Source: a bacterium (GTDB lineage Bacteria > Hydrothermota > Tepidihabitantia > SM23-42 > JAOAFX01). Taken from it: DNA of 64,000 nt. The notes under the pieces are model-generated. The model was not told where the DNA came from and searched no databases. It worked only from the letters and a program-made list of their open reading frames with translations. Of the stretch, positions 30,940 through 40,932 are shown piece by piece. Within the stretch, counting starts at the first letter, position 1. The number at the start of each line of letters is the position of its first letter. Position numbers and translations under genes: made by a program. The stretch spans positions 438-64,437 of the forward strand of contig DAIRCK010000015.1 in assembly GCA_036796695.1 (NCBI GenBank), in the 5' to 3' direction.

Positions 30940-31176
30940 TTAGAATCGTTTTCTGCTCTGTACTAAGAATTTTCTCTTCCTGGGCCATAACAAAAATTCC
31001 AAAAATCTTTTTGTCTCGGGGTCCATAAAAAGTTTCTTCCAGTATTTTCTGACTAATCTCTCGCTCAGTTTTTCACCACCCAATCCATAGTTAATCATCT
31101 GCTGGATCTTCCAGATTTTATACCCTTCCGGGTCTTCTTTTTTGAATTTCTTTTCATCAACAGACCAGTTATACAT
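30940..31176 (-). CDS. hypothetical small protein (78 aa)
   Basis: ORF only. Confidence 0.3.
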   Translation of the reverse strand: MYNWSVDEKKFKKEDPEGYKIWKIQQMINYGLGGEKLSERLVRKYWKKLFMDPETKRFLEFLLWPRKRKFLVQSRKRF

Positions 31177-31298
31177 AATTTCTCAATAGTGATTATTAAT
31201 GTAATGGTTTACACTGCATTTCGTTCCAGTTAAAGATACTCATTACCTTTAAATTTTATATATATTTGCCGAAAAAAATATTCAATTTTAAAATGATA

Positions 31299-32387
31299 TT
31301 AACCGAGTAATTCTCTTGCGATTTTCTCTTTCAAGACAAAGTTAGGTAGTCCCAAGACCTGGATTGTCTTTGCATCCCGCAGATAACGTTCCACTGGGTA
31401 ATCCTTTGTATAACCATAACCACCAAAAATCTGAACTCCCTTAATCCCGCAATAGAATGCGGCCTCGGTGTTTGAAACAAAAGCAAGTTTAACTGCCATT
31501 TTGTAGTCTTCTTTTGAATCATACCTATTTGCTGCATCATATAAAAGATTCCTTGATGATTCAATCTTTATCTTCATCTCTGCAAGCATCTCTTGAACCA
31601 TTGGAAATTCACAGATTGGTCTATTAAACTGCCGACGCTCTTTTGCATATTTTGTTGAAGCATCTAATGATGCCTGGGCAATGCCAAGACCTACTGCGGA
31701 AAGGCAGAGATTAAAATAATCTCTTATCTCCTTTGTAGCAGTATCATATTCCGGATTATCAAGTAAACAAAAACCATCAGGAATTTCGAAATTTTCAAAC
31801 GAGATATCAGCAACCCCTGAAGACCTCATCCCCAGTAGATAAGGATTTGTAACTCTGAATTTGTCAGAAGATTCAATGAGATATAGACTCCGGCCATTTT
31901 CAGTTTTTATATCTAATAACAAAAATTTTGCAAATGCACCATTTAAGACAAAACGGCTTCTACAATCTATCTTCAAAGGATTGTGGGAGATAATCTGAAG
32001 ATTCTTATCAAAGTCAATATCAATTCCACCCAGTTCACCATTACCAAGGCGTTTAAGATAAGTTTTTGATTTTTCATTTTGGGATTTCATCAAAGAATAG
32101 GCAACGAGACCATTATTTACCGCAATAACCAGTCCGACTGAAGCACAGACCTTTGACAACTCCTCAATTATTATGCATAAACTTGTGGTGTCAAATCCTG
32201 CTCCACCAAATTCTTGAGGAATTATTGGCGATAATATGCCGAGTTCATTTAGTTTCCTAAAAATCACTTCAGGGATACTTGCATTTTTTTCTATTTCCTG
32301 AACAATCGGCTCTATCTCCTGAAGGGTAAATTTCTTCACTTCATTCTGAATCATCTTCTGCTCATTGTTAAGATTGATTAAACCCAT
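31299..32387 (-). CDS. divergent acyl-CoA dehydrogenase-like protein (362 aa)
   Basis: Has the ACAD fold signature (GGYGYTKDYPVERYLRDAK) but a divergent N-terminus and middle domain. ATG with RBS AGGAG. Confidence 0.75.
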   Translation of the reverse strand: MGLINLNNEQKMIQNEVKKFTLQEIEPIVQEIEKNASIPEVIFRKLNELGILSPIIPQEFGGAGFDTTSLCIIIEELSKVCASVGLVIAVNNGLVAYSLMKSQNEKSKTYLKRLGNGELGGIDIDFDKNLQIISHNPLKIDCRSRFVLNGAFAKFLLLDIKTENGRSLYLIESSDKFRVTNPYLLGMRSSGVADISFENFEIPDGFCLLDNPEYDTATKEIRDYFNLCLSAVGLGIAQASLDASTKYAKERRQFNRPICEFPMVQEMLAEMKIKIESSRNLLYDAANRYDSKEDYKMAVKLAFVSNTEAAFYCGIKGVQIFGGYGYTKDYPVERYLRDAKTIQVLGLPNFVLKEKIARELLG

Positions 32388-32420
32388 AGTACTCCTTTTT
32401 GATTTAATGTCTAAAAAACG

Positions 32421-32446
32421 GATTCAAACAGATTTTAGCGGATTCA
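32421..32446. promoter_or_regulatory. acd/etf upstream box, copy d: GATTCAAACAGATTTTAGCGGATTCA
   Basis: Lies 35-60 nt upstream of the acd-like start at 32387. Confidence 0.45.
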
Positions 32447-32621
32447 TACGGATAAGGGTTGCCCGCGCTATCGCTTGACATTTGTGGGGAAAATTGGTGC
32501 AGGCTACCGCCCTTGTCAGTTACAGAGTCACCCATAACTGAACCCAAAAATACCAGATGCAATGAAGATTAATAATCATTACTATTATATAGAAATTAGA
32601 ATTAATGTCAATAAATTATAA

Positions 32622-32650
32622 TATTGACAGGGGCTTAAAAATCCCTATAA
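32622..32650 (+). promoter_or_regulatory. sigma70-like promoter (TTGACA-16-TATAAT) abutting the kinase start
   Basis: ttgacaggggcttaaaaatccctataat. The -10 ends 7 nt before the first ATG, which implies a leaderless or very short-leader transcript. Confidence 0.45.
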
Positions 32651-34630
32651 TTGGTAGTAATGAAACGCCGCTTTTTCCCCTTACAAACAAAGTTGATTTT
32701 AAGTTTCTCCACAGTTATAATTATCGGGATATTCTTATCGACCTTTACCGGCATACAGATAATTGGGAATACAATAGTGGCACAGGGACAGGAAAAGGTT
32801 AAACTTGATTTAAATACTGCAAGAGAAGTTCTTGAAGAGGAAAAAAGGACGATAAAAAACATACTCAGATTGACCGCGAGCCGTTATTTTGTAAAGGATG
32901 CCCTTATTAAAAGAGATCGCATTTTTTTATTAAAAGAATTGAGAACGGTTAAAACTGATGAAAACCTGGATATATTAAATATCACAGACAATCTCGGCCG
33001 TATAATACTACGCGTGGAAAATCCAGAATATTGTAATGATTTTCCGGAAAATGAAATTTTAAAAAAAGTCTTAAAACAAAAAGAAAGCATATATGGAGTT
33101 CTAATAATATCCGAAGAAGAACTTAAAAAAGAAAGCGAGAAACTTGCTGAACGAGCAAAAATTAAAATACTACCCACACCCAAGGCAAAACCCCGTAATG
33201 ATACATTAGAAACATCCGGGTTGATTATTATTGCCGGGGCACCGATCTTTGATGATAATGGTAATCTCATCGGTGTTGTCTATGGTGGTAGATTATTAAA
33301 CAGGAATTTTGACATTGTAGATAAAATAAAGGATATTGTTTATAAAGAAGAAAAATTTAGAAAAAAAGAGATTGGCACAGCAACGATCTTCCTCAAGGAC
33401 CTTCGAATAACAACAAATGTTCGTGATATCACCGGACAAAGGGCTATCGGCACAAGGGTATCAGAAGAAGTATACAACCAGGTTTTAGTAAATGGCAGAC
33501 CCTGGGTCGGCAGGGCGTTTGTGGTAAATGACTGGTTTATTACGGCATACGAACCGATCCGGGATATAAATAATCAGATCGTTGGTATCCTGTATGTTGG
33601 AATGCTTGAGGCACCTTATGTATATCTAAAGAACCGTGTTATCTCAATATTCATTCTTATTGCAGTTCTAAGCATTATTGCGCTTGCAATAATTTCGTTC
33701 GTTACAGTAAAACGTATCACCAGACCGATAAATGAATTATATCAACTTACTGAAAGGGTTTCAAAGGGTGACCTCTCAGCACGAGCGAAGATTAGTTCAG
33801 ATGATGAAATTGGAGAATTGATAAAATCATTTAATCAAATGATTGATTCCCTTCAAAATGTTACCGAAGGCTACGTCAATCTTACCAAAACCCTTGAACA
33901 GAAGGTTCAGGAAAAGACAAACGAACTGGAAAAGGCAATGGAACAGTTAATCCAGAATGAAAAATTATCCGCCCTTGGCAGGCTTGCTGCAGGTATTGCC
34001 CACGAAATCAATAATCCGCTGACCGCAATCCTAATCAATGGCCATCTGATAAAAGAAAAGGTAAAAGGAGATACCAAACTATCAGAAAAACTTGATATGA
34101 TTATTGATGAGACACAACGGTGTGCAAAGATTGTAAGCGGACTTTTGGAATTTTCACGCCAGACACCACCTGAAATGAAACTTATCTCTATAAATGAAGT
34201 TATTAATAAAACACTCATCCTCTTTGAAAGCGTTTTTCTTGCCAATAATGTGAAAGTTGAAATCTCCCTTGATAAAAATCTATCTCAAATTATGGCGGAT
34301 GAGAGTAAAATAAAACAAGTATTGACGAATATTCTACTAAATGCACTTGACGCAATGCCCAACGGCGGGATTCTAAAAATTTATTCTCAACTTTCTTTAG
34401 ACAATAAATTTGTAGAAATAGAAATCGAAGACTCGGGTATAGGCATACCAGAGGAAAATCTGGATCGCATATTTGACCCTTTCTTTACAACAAAAAAATC
34501 AAAAGGAACAGGACTTGGGTTATCAATAAGTTATGGTATTATCCAGCAACATAATGGAAGTATTGAAGTAAATAGTGAAGTCAATAAAGGAACAAAAGTT
34601 AAAATAAAATTGCCTATATTAGAAAATTGA
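32651..34630 (+). CDS. sensor histidine kinase with a periplasmic Cache-like domain, HAMP, HisKA and HATPase (659 aa)
   Basis: Two TM helices flank a periplasmic region of about 290 aa. H-box AHEINNPL. The N box and G1/G2 boxes are present in the C-terminal ATPase (DSGIGIP, GTGLGLS). Confidence 0.85.
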   Translation: MVVMKRRFFPLQTKLILSFSTVIIIGIFLSTFTGIQIIGNTIVAQGQEKVKLDLNTAREVLEEEKRTIKNILRLTASRYFVKDALIKRDRIFLLKELRTVKTDENLDILNITDNLGRIILRVENPEYCNDFPENEILKKVLKQKESIYGVLIISEEELKKESEKLAERAKIKILPTPKAKPRNDTLETSGLIIIAGAPIFDDNGNLIGVVYGGRLLNRNFDIVDKIKDIVYKEEKFRKKEIGTATIFLKDLRITTNVRDITGQRAIGTRVSEEVYNQVLVNGRPWVGRAFVVNDWFITAYEPIRDINNQIVGILYVGMLEAPYVYLKNRVISIFILIAVLSIIALAIISFVTVKRITRPINELYQLTERVSKGDLSARAKISSDDEIGELIKSFNQMIDSLQNVTEGYVNLTKTLEQKVQEKTNELEKAMEQLIQNEKLSALGRLAAGIAHEINNPLTAILINGHLIKEKVKGDTKLSEKLDMIIDETQRCAKIVSGLLEFSRQTPPEMKLISINEVINKTLILFESVFLANNVKVEISLDKNLSQIMADESKIKQVLTNILLNALDAMPNGGILKIYSQLSLDNKFVEIEIEDSGIGIPEENLDRIFDPFFTTKKSKGTGLGLSISYGIIQQHNGSIEVNSEVNKGTKVKIKLPILEN

Positions 34631-34673
34631 TTTTAAAATCTATTTCTGTGATAAAATAAAAAAGGGGGTATAA

Positions 34674-35429
34674 ATGGATCAAAAGAAATTTAAAATTTTG
34701 GTTGTTGATGATGAGATAACTGTATGTAAAAGTATTACAAGTGCCCTTGAAGATTTTGACTATGTAGTCGATATGGCACTGAGTGGTGAAGAAGCAACTT
34801 TTAAACATAATAAAAACCATTATGATTTGGTCATTGCAGATTTAATGATGCCGGATATAACAGGCATTGAATTGCTGAAAAGAATAAAAGCAACAACTCC
34901 TGAGGTTCAGTTTATTCTCATAACCGGTTATCCATCAATAAAAACTGCTGTTGAGGCTATAAAATTCGGGGCATTTGATTATATACCAAAACCATTCACG
35001 CCTGATGAATTAAGAAGTATAATAAATCGCGCCCTTGATTATTATAAAAAGGAAAAAATTGAACTAATGCCCGTGCCTGCAGACTATTACTGCATAACAG
35101 ATAATTCCTGGGCAGAAATTGAAAAAGATGGCAATGTCAGAATTGGTGCCCATGAAAGACTGGTTAAAGGAATTAAAGAAATCTCAATGTTAGAATTTCC
35201 ATCCATTGGTGAAATGCGATATCAGGGTGAAGCCTGCGCAAGGATAAATACGGGTGCTAATCAAATATACAGGGTATGGACTCCAGTTTCCGGAAAAATA
35301 ATTAAAATAAATCAAGACCTTAATAAGAACTACAGTAAATTAATTACTGACCCCTATAATGAAGGCTGGTTGTTGATAATACAACCAACAAACTTAGAAT
35401 CGGATTTAAAAAATCTGACCAGATGCTAA
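34674..35429 (+). CDS. response regulator: REC domain fused to a glycine-cleavage-H-protein-like domain (251 aa)
   Basis: REC has VVDDE and the phospho-acceptor Asp in VIADLMMP. The C-terminal region of about 120 aa (VRIGAHERLVKG..GEACARINTGANQIY..DPYNEGWLLI) aligns with GcvH/lipoyl-fold proteins. The lipoyl-lysine position is not Lys. No HTH. Confidence 0.8.
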   Translation: MDQKKFKILVVDDEITVCKSITSALEDFDYVVDMALSGEEATFKHNKNHYDLVIADLMMPDITGIELLKRIKATTPEVQFILITGYPSIKTAVEAIKFGAFDYIPKPFTPDELRSIINRALDYYKKEKIELMPVPADYYCITDNSWAEIEKDGNVRIGAHERLVKGIKEISMLEFPSIGEMRYQGEACARINTGANQIYRVWTPVSGKIIKINQDLNKNYSKLITDPYNEGWLLIIQPTNLESDLKNLTRC

Positions 35430-35430
35430 A

Positions 35431-38400
35431 TTGAATTCATTCGATATTGAAAAATTATTTAAAAAAATTCAGCTCTTACTTAAAAATTATGATTGCTATG
35501 ATGTTTATTTCTTAGATAACAAAGGCAAATGGAATAAAAACCCAGAGACCCTTAAAGACATAATCTCAAGTGAAGTCTGGTTCCGTATATGGGCATCATC
35601 TCGTTGTTCTAATAATGAAGAAACCCTTGATCTTTTTAAGCCCATCTTAAATAATGCCTATTTTCAAGACTTAATGAGTAAATTCACAAATATTGCAGAT
35701 GGAATGGAAATTGATATAACCGACACGCTAATTACCTTTGAAATCTTATACGTCCTAATTGAATACCAGATATACATATTGAATACTGAAAAATATATTC
35801 CGGATTGGAATTATCAAGAAAAGAAAATACAGAATGAATATCTTATAAGATTGGATAATTTTAAGAAAAATCTAAAAAATATTTTGAGTGATCCGATATT
35901 GTTTGATAGTTTTTTTCACATTCATAAAGAATTAACAAAGAACAACCTCTTCAATTCCATTTCAGTAACAATCAATGAAGAAATCAAATTTTATGAACAA
36001 CAGATTTTACATAAAGCAAAACTTGAAGAACCAAGAAAAATCACTCAAATTTATAATTTTTTGAGTAATAAAATAGATTTTGATATCGCTTCTGCTGTAA
36101 CCAAGAAACAGGCTCTTATCAGACCATTTTTAAGAGCACTAAATGATGCTACAAATCTTGTTCCAGTTGGTTTACAATTTGAAATTGTCTCAATCCTTGG
36201 TGCGTTAAAAGATCCGAGGTGTGCAAGAACCCTGTTCAACCTTTTGAAAAATACGAGTCTTGAATATATAAATCTCATATCAAATATTATATACACATTA
36301 GGAAATCTCCAGTTTAACGAGATGTCTGAATATTTAAAAATGATTCTCCAGTTACCTGATTACATTGATCTTTCTTCAGGATACAAACAGCCTATTTACG
36401 ATATAAAATCCGAAACGATTTGGTCTACCGGCAAACTTGGCATCTCAGGAATAAATCTCATCAATGAAATGGTAAAATACATATCTCACAAGGATAATAT
36501 AATAAAAATCGCGCTTGCCTGGGCAATGGCAATGATTGGTATAAAAGAGAAGAAAGAAGAAGGTGTCGTTGATCTTGAAATTCTCACAACTTTATTAGGA
36601 CTCCTGAAAGATAAAGATAAAAAGGTATTTGAAGAATCTATCTATGGTTTAAAAGTCTTAGGATTTTATGAACTCATTGATAATCTGAATCTAAACAATA
36701 TTCCAGCAACACCCATACTCGCTCTCAAGCCAAGCAGTATTGGTCTTTATGAACTCTCTGAAACTATTTATCATCTTGTTAATCTGAAAAAACCTGTTGT
36801 TATAGCAGTCACTGGAGATTCGGGCACAGGAAAGACTTATTTTTGTGAATCAATCAGATATGGTTTTGGTGACATTTCAAAAGATGATATACTTTATCTA
36901 ATGAGGGATAATCCTGCTCACCGAACAATATTCAGCAGGATGATTGATAAAAAATTCACAAAAGATTTTCTCGATCCACAATATTATACCATTGAAACAA
37001 TGGATGAAAGAAATCTTGAACCGTTTCAGGGTTTTTTTGACTTCATAAGACAAAATAGCCACAAGAAATTAATTATCCTTGATGGCTGGCTTGATGAGAT
37101 ATATTTTTATCAGGTTCTTAAGACTTTTTACATATATAGCTATCTTGATTGTATAATAAACTTCAGGGCAACATATTCAACAAGGAGAATCAATCTGGAG
37201 GAAAGAGAAGGAATCCTGGAACGGGTCAGAGATTGTTTAAGGTTTGTTGAGAATCCACCTATCGAAGAAACTGAATTTTATCGCAATGGTGATGTCTTTG
37301 TTTATAATCTTGATAACTCTATTGGTTCACGCCTCAGTGCTGATGAAATCAAAGAAGTCTTCAGTAGAAAAAAGGTCAGATTATGGGCCGAGCATATCCG
37401 AATTGGAAATTTTGAAAAGGAACTGAGAGAATTAAAAATCACAGAAGAAACTTTGAACAGACGGACCGAAGATTTTGTAATACAAAATGACGGTAAAATA
37501 GAAAGCGAAGAAGAAGCAATAGAAATATATAACGAACATTTTTTTAGAATAATTAATAGTGATATAGTTGAAAAGCCGATCCTGCTTCAGAAAATAAGAT
37601 TAAAAAAATCCATTCCAGAAAAAATATCGCGTTATGCACCAGGTGTAATTGCCTACCATAATACTAATGGCATTGTCGGTATATTAACTGGAATTAATGA
37701 CCAGAATTATTTTACGCAGATTAAAGAAAATAAAATCTATGATCACTGCATTTATAATGATTTGTTCTTTGCAATTGGAGAGGAAAGTAAAATCTATGCG
37801 TTTGATTTTAGTAAAAATCTTTTGAGAACCTTAAAAATATCAGCCTCTCCCCTATCTGCAATTGCTACCGACCGGAATAATATCATTGCCACCGGACATC
37901 AGGATGGAACAATAAGATTATGGGATATTAACTCAGAGATGACGTACCTGCTCAAAGGACATAAGAATTCAATAATCAGTATCGTGATTGATAAGAAAGG
38001 TATAATTGTATCAAATAGTAGTGATGGCGAATTGAGATTATGGAATTTACATAAAAATTCAATAAAAATATACAATAATATGAATTTTAACACCAACCTG
38101 ATAGGTCTGGAACGACCCTCAGGTAACATAATTTTTGTTAAAAGAAATAATGTTGTAAGATTAGACCCAGAAAATGAAACAGTAAAAATAATTTCTTTAC
38201 CGAATTACATTGAACCAATTGCATTCTGTCCCTATTATGACGGCAGAATATTCGCAGGTTATAGAAAAGAAGATAGAACATATTTTATCGTTATTGAATT
38301 TAAAAAAGACAAAGGATTTTACAATACCATCAGGATTGATATAAATAAAATTAATGGTATAACGGCAATGGGACCCAGGATTATCATATCTGGTATGGAC

Positions 38401-38520
38401 AACGATGGAGCAATCATAGAGATTCTGGGTAGTGAAGACTATGTCCGGGGCGAGATTGAAAAACTAAAGATTCTCAAGAATTCAAAACGTCGTTTTCAAT
38501 ACCATAGTATGATATTCTGA
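35431..38520 (+). CDS. large multidomain protein: HEAT-like repeats, PRK/uridine-kinase-like P-loop domain and a WD40 beta-propeller (1029 aa)
   Basis: HEAT/PBS-lyase-like repeats (ALAWAMAMIGIKEK..LLGLLKDKDKK). Walker A VIAVTGDSGTGKTYF matches the PRK/UK family; hhhhDG at KLIILDGWLD. WD repeats (GHQDGTIRLWDINS, SDGELRLWNLH). TTG start 2 nt after the regulator stop. Confidence 0.7.
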   Translation: MNSFDIEKLFKKIQLLLKNYDCYDVYFLDNKGKWNKNPETLKDIISSEVWFRIWASSRCSNNEETLDLFKPILNNAYFQDLMSKFTNIADGMEIDITDTLITFEILYVLIEYQIYILNTEKYIPDWNYQEKKIQNEYLIRLDNFKKNLKNILSDPILFDSFFHIHKELTKNNLFNSISVTINEEIKFYEQQILHKAKLEEPRKITQIYNFLSNKIDFDIASAVTKKQALIRPFLRALNDATNLVPVGLQFEIVSILGALKDPRCARTLFNLLKNTSLEYINLISNIIYTLGNLQFNEMSEYLKMILQLPDYIDLSSGYKQPIYDIKSETIWSTGKLGISGINLINEMVKYISHKDNIIKIALAWAMAMIGIKEKKEEGVVDLEILTTLLGLLKDKDKKVFEESIYGLKVLGFYELIDNLNLNNIPATPILALKPSSIGLYELSETIYHLVNLKKPVVIAVTGDSGTGKTYFCESIRYGFGDISKDDILYLMRDNPAHRTIFSRMIDKKFTKDFLDPQYYTIETMDERNLEPFQGFFDFIRQNSHKKLIILDGWLDEIYFYQVLKTFYIYSYLDCIINFRATYSTRRINLEEREGILERVRDCLRFVENPPIEETEFYRNGDVFVYNLDNSIGSRLSADEIKEVFSRKKVRLWAEHIRIGNFEKELRELKITEETLNRRTEDFVIQNDGKIESEEEAIEIYNEHFFRIINSDIVEKPILLQKIRLKKSIPEKISRYAPGVIAYHNTNGIVGILTGINDQNYFTQIKENKIYDHCIYNDLFFAIGEESKIYAFDFSKNLLRTLKISASPLSAIATDRNNIIATGHQDGTIRLWDINSEMTYLLKGHKNSIISIVIDKKGIIVSNSSDGELRLWNLHKNSIKIYNNMNFNTNLIGLERPSGNIIFVKRNNVVRLDPENETVKIISLPNYIEPIAFCPYYDGRIFAGYRKEDRTYFIVIEFKKDKGFYNTIRIDINKINGITAMGPRIIISGMDNDGAIIEILGSEDYVRGEIEKLKILKNSKRRFQYHSMIF

Positions 38521-38753
38521 TGGCTTAATGACTTGTCAAAATACCGTTTTGCAGGATTTATGGTATTTGTGCGAGATGAAAATAGTTGATTTTTTATTAA
38601 TTTTATATATAATTATCTATTGGACTCTGAGATCACTTTTACCAAAAAATTTGCCTTCTCAGGCAATTAGTATCAAAGAGTATCTTCTCGGTTTGGTTTT
38701 TAATAAATAAATTATTAATGAGATGAACAGCAAAATCGAAAGGGGGCAAAAAC

Positions 38754-40040
38754 ATGGCTCAAACAAAAATTAATCCTTACCAGATGGCGCAACGTCAGTT
38801 TGATGAAGTTGCTGATCTTCTGGGGCTTTCAAAATCAGTAAGGGCAATTTTACGGGAACCAATAAGAGAATATCATTTTAACATTCCCGTAAAAATGGAT
38901 AACGGTGAGATCAAAGTTTTTAGAGGTTTTAGGGTTCAACATAATGATGCCCGGGGACCGGCAAAAGGTGGCATCCGCTTTGCCGCCAATGAAACAATAG
39001 ACACGGTCAGGGCACTCGCAATGTGGATGACCTGGAAATGTGCAGTAGCTGATATTCCCCTTGGTGGTGGAAAAGGTGGCGTGGTTGTTGACCCTGCTGA
39101 ACTTTCATCTGGTGAGCAGGAAAGGCTGTGTCGCGGCTGGATTGACCAGATGTGGAAGAATGTTGGTCCACTTATGGATGTTCCAGCACCCGATGTAGGA
39201 ACAAATTCACAAATGATGGCGTGGATGATGGATGAATATATAAAGCTCAAAGGCGAGTATTATCCTGGTGTCATTACTGGAAAACCAATCTCTATAGGCG
39301 GATCACTGGGTAGAACCGAAGCAACGGGATTTGGGGTAGTTTTTACTATTAGAGAGGCACTAAAACATCTTAATCTGAAACCTGAAAAATGCACTGCATC
39401 AATTATGGGATTTGGAAATGTTGCTCAGTATGCGGCAATTGGCTTTAAAAATCTTGGTGGAAAAGTTGTCGCTGTTTCCTGCTGGAATCGTAATGACAAA
39501 AAATCCTATACAATTTCAAAACCTGATGGTATAGACCCGGTATTTCTCCAATCAATTACTGATATTTATGGCACCATAGATAATGAAAAGGCAAAAAAAG
39601 AAGGTTACAAGATTGAAGATGGAGATGCCTGGTTAAAGAAAGAAGTTGATATCTTAATACCTTCAGCAATTGAAGGTGTATTGACAAAAGAAACAATAGA
39701 AGAGATCAGTCCCAGTGTAAAATTGATTGCCGAAGGCGCCAATGGTCCAACCACCCCGGAGGCAGATGAGGTTATTAAGAAAAAGAAAATATTTGTAATC
39801 CCTGATTTTCTATGCAATGCGGGTGGTGTAATCTGTTCATACTTTGAAGGGGTTCAAAATAATATGAATTACTACTGGTCTAAAGAAGAAGTTCTTAAAA
39901 GGCTTGATGAAAAAATGACGAATGCGTTCAACAAAGTATTACAGATGGCACAAGAAAAGAGTGTATATACCCGTAATGCCGCCTATATGGTTGCAATAGA
40001 CAGTGTAGTCAACGCAATGAAACTGCGGGGCTGGATTTAA
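38754..40040 (+). CDS. gdhA: glutamate dehydrogenase (Glu/Leu/Phe/Val dehydrogenase family)
   Basis: Has KGGIRF. Glycine-rich NAD(P) site GFGNVAQYAA. RBS AGGGGG. 428 aa. Confidence 0.9.
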   Translation: MAQTKINPYQMAQRQFDEVADLLGLSKSVRAILREPIREYHFNIPVKMDNGEIKVFRGFRVQHNDARGPAKGGIRFAANETIDTVRALAMWMTWKCAVADIPLGGGKGGVVVDPAELSSGEQERLCRGWIDQMWKNVGPLMDVPAPDVGTNSQMMAWMMDEYIKLKGEYYPGVITGKPISIGGSLGRTEATGFGVVFTIREALKHLNLKPEKCTASIMGFGNVAQYAAIGFKNLGGKVVAVSCWNRNDKKSYTISKPDGIDPVFLQSITDIYGTIDNEKAKKEGYKIEDGDAWLKKEVDILIPSAIEGVLTKETIEEISPSVKLIAEGANGPTTPEADEVIKKKKIFVIPDFLCNAGGVICSYFEGVQNNMNYYWSKEEVLKRLDEKMTNAFNKVLQMAQEKSVYTRNAAYMVAIDSVVNAMKLRGWI

Positions 40041-40057
40041 AAAACTTAATAACAATA

Positions 40058-40088
40058 AAAAGGGCACGCAGTTGCGTGCCCTTTTTTC
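40058..40088 (+). terminator. rho-independent terminator after gdhA
   Basis: GGGCACGCAGTTGCGTGCCC followed by TTTTTT. Confidence 0.7.
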
Positions 40089-40139
40089 TGCAGTGCTATT
40101 GACTTTCAATTATAATTCAATTATAATAAATTTAGTAAT

Positions 40140-40511
40140 ATGAATCTTTCTAATATTAAAGAAATCCTTAATGCAAAAATTCTTACCAATTATGTTTCGC
40201 TGGAGATTGATGTTAAAAATGTAATTGCATCAGACCTGATGAGCGATGTCTTAAATAGTAAGAATCCTGCGGATTTACTCTTAACCGGATTGATTAATAC
40301 CCAGGCTATAAGGACCTGTGAGATTGCAGGGATAAAGGCAATTCTGTTTGTTAAAGGTAAAACCCCAGATGAAGAGACGATAAAACTTGCTGAATCCTGT
40401 AATATTCCATTGCTTTCCTGTTCTCTCTCTATGTTTGAAGCCTGCGGGATATTATATTCATATGGTCTCATCTACCCTGATTCAAAGAATGGAAACAGAA
40501 ATAATCCTTAA
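40140..40511 (+). CDS. DRTGG-domain protein (123 aa)
   Basis: Similar to the 42193-42543 protein and to DRTGG domains (LLLTGL..AIRTCE..AILFVKG). Confidence 0.6.
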   Translation: MNLSNIKEILNAKILTNYVSLEIDVKNVIASDLMSDVLNSKNPADLLLTGLINTQAIRTCEIAGIKAILFVKGKTPDEETIKLAESCNIPLLSCSLSMFEACGILYSYGLIYPDSKNGNRNNP

Positions 40512-40932
40512 TGAGGAGTTTGAAATTACCGGTGGTGATTTCATAAATGGTGGAGCTGCCTCCTGCAGGGTTAAGAATATTCTTAAAGAGATCGGACTTG
40601 CACCAGAAATCATCCGCAGGGTTGCAATCGCATCTTATGAAGCAGAAATGAATGTTGTAATGTATGCAAAAAAAGGAATAATGAAACTTATTCTGACATC
40701 TGATAAAATAATCATAAAGGTTGATGATGAAGGACCAGGGATACCCGATATAGAGTTAGCAATGCAACCCGGGTATTCAACTGCGACGCCAGAAATAAGA
40801 GAGATGGGCTTTGGTGCAGGAATGGGTTTACCAAATATAAAGAAGAACGCTGATATTTTTAATATAAATTCTACGGTTGATAAAGGAACAAACCTTGAAA
40901 TAATTATAAACCTGAATACCAAAAATGACTGA
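40489..40932 (+). CDS. small histidine-kinase-like ATPase (anti-sigma-factor/Ser-protein-kinase type)
   Basis: HATPase_c-like (DDEGPGIP, GFGAGMGL). The internal ATG at 40489 is the preferred start; the track begins at 40387. Confidence 0.6.
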   Translation: METEIILNEEFEITGGDFINGGAASCRVKNILKEIGLAPEIIRRVAIASYEAEMNVVMYAKKGIMKLILTSDKIIIKVDDEGPGIPDIELAMQPGYSTATPEIREMGFGAGMGLPNIKKNADIFNINSTVDKGTNLEIIINLNTKND

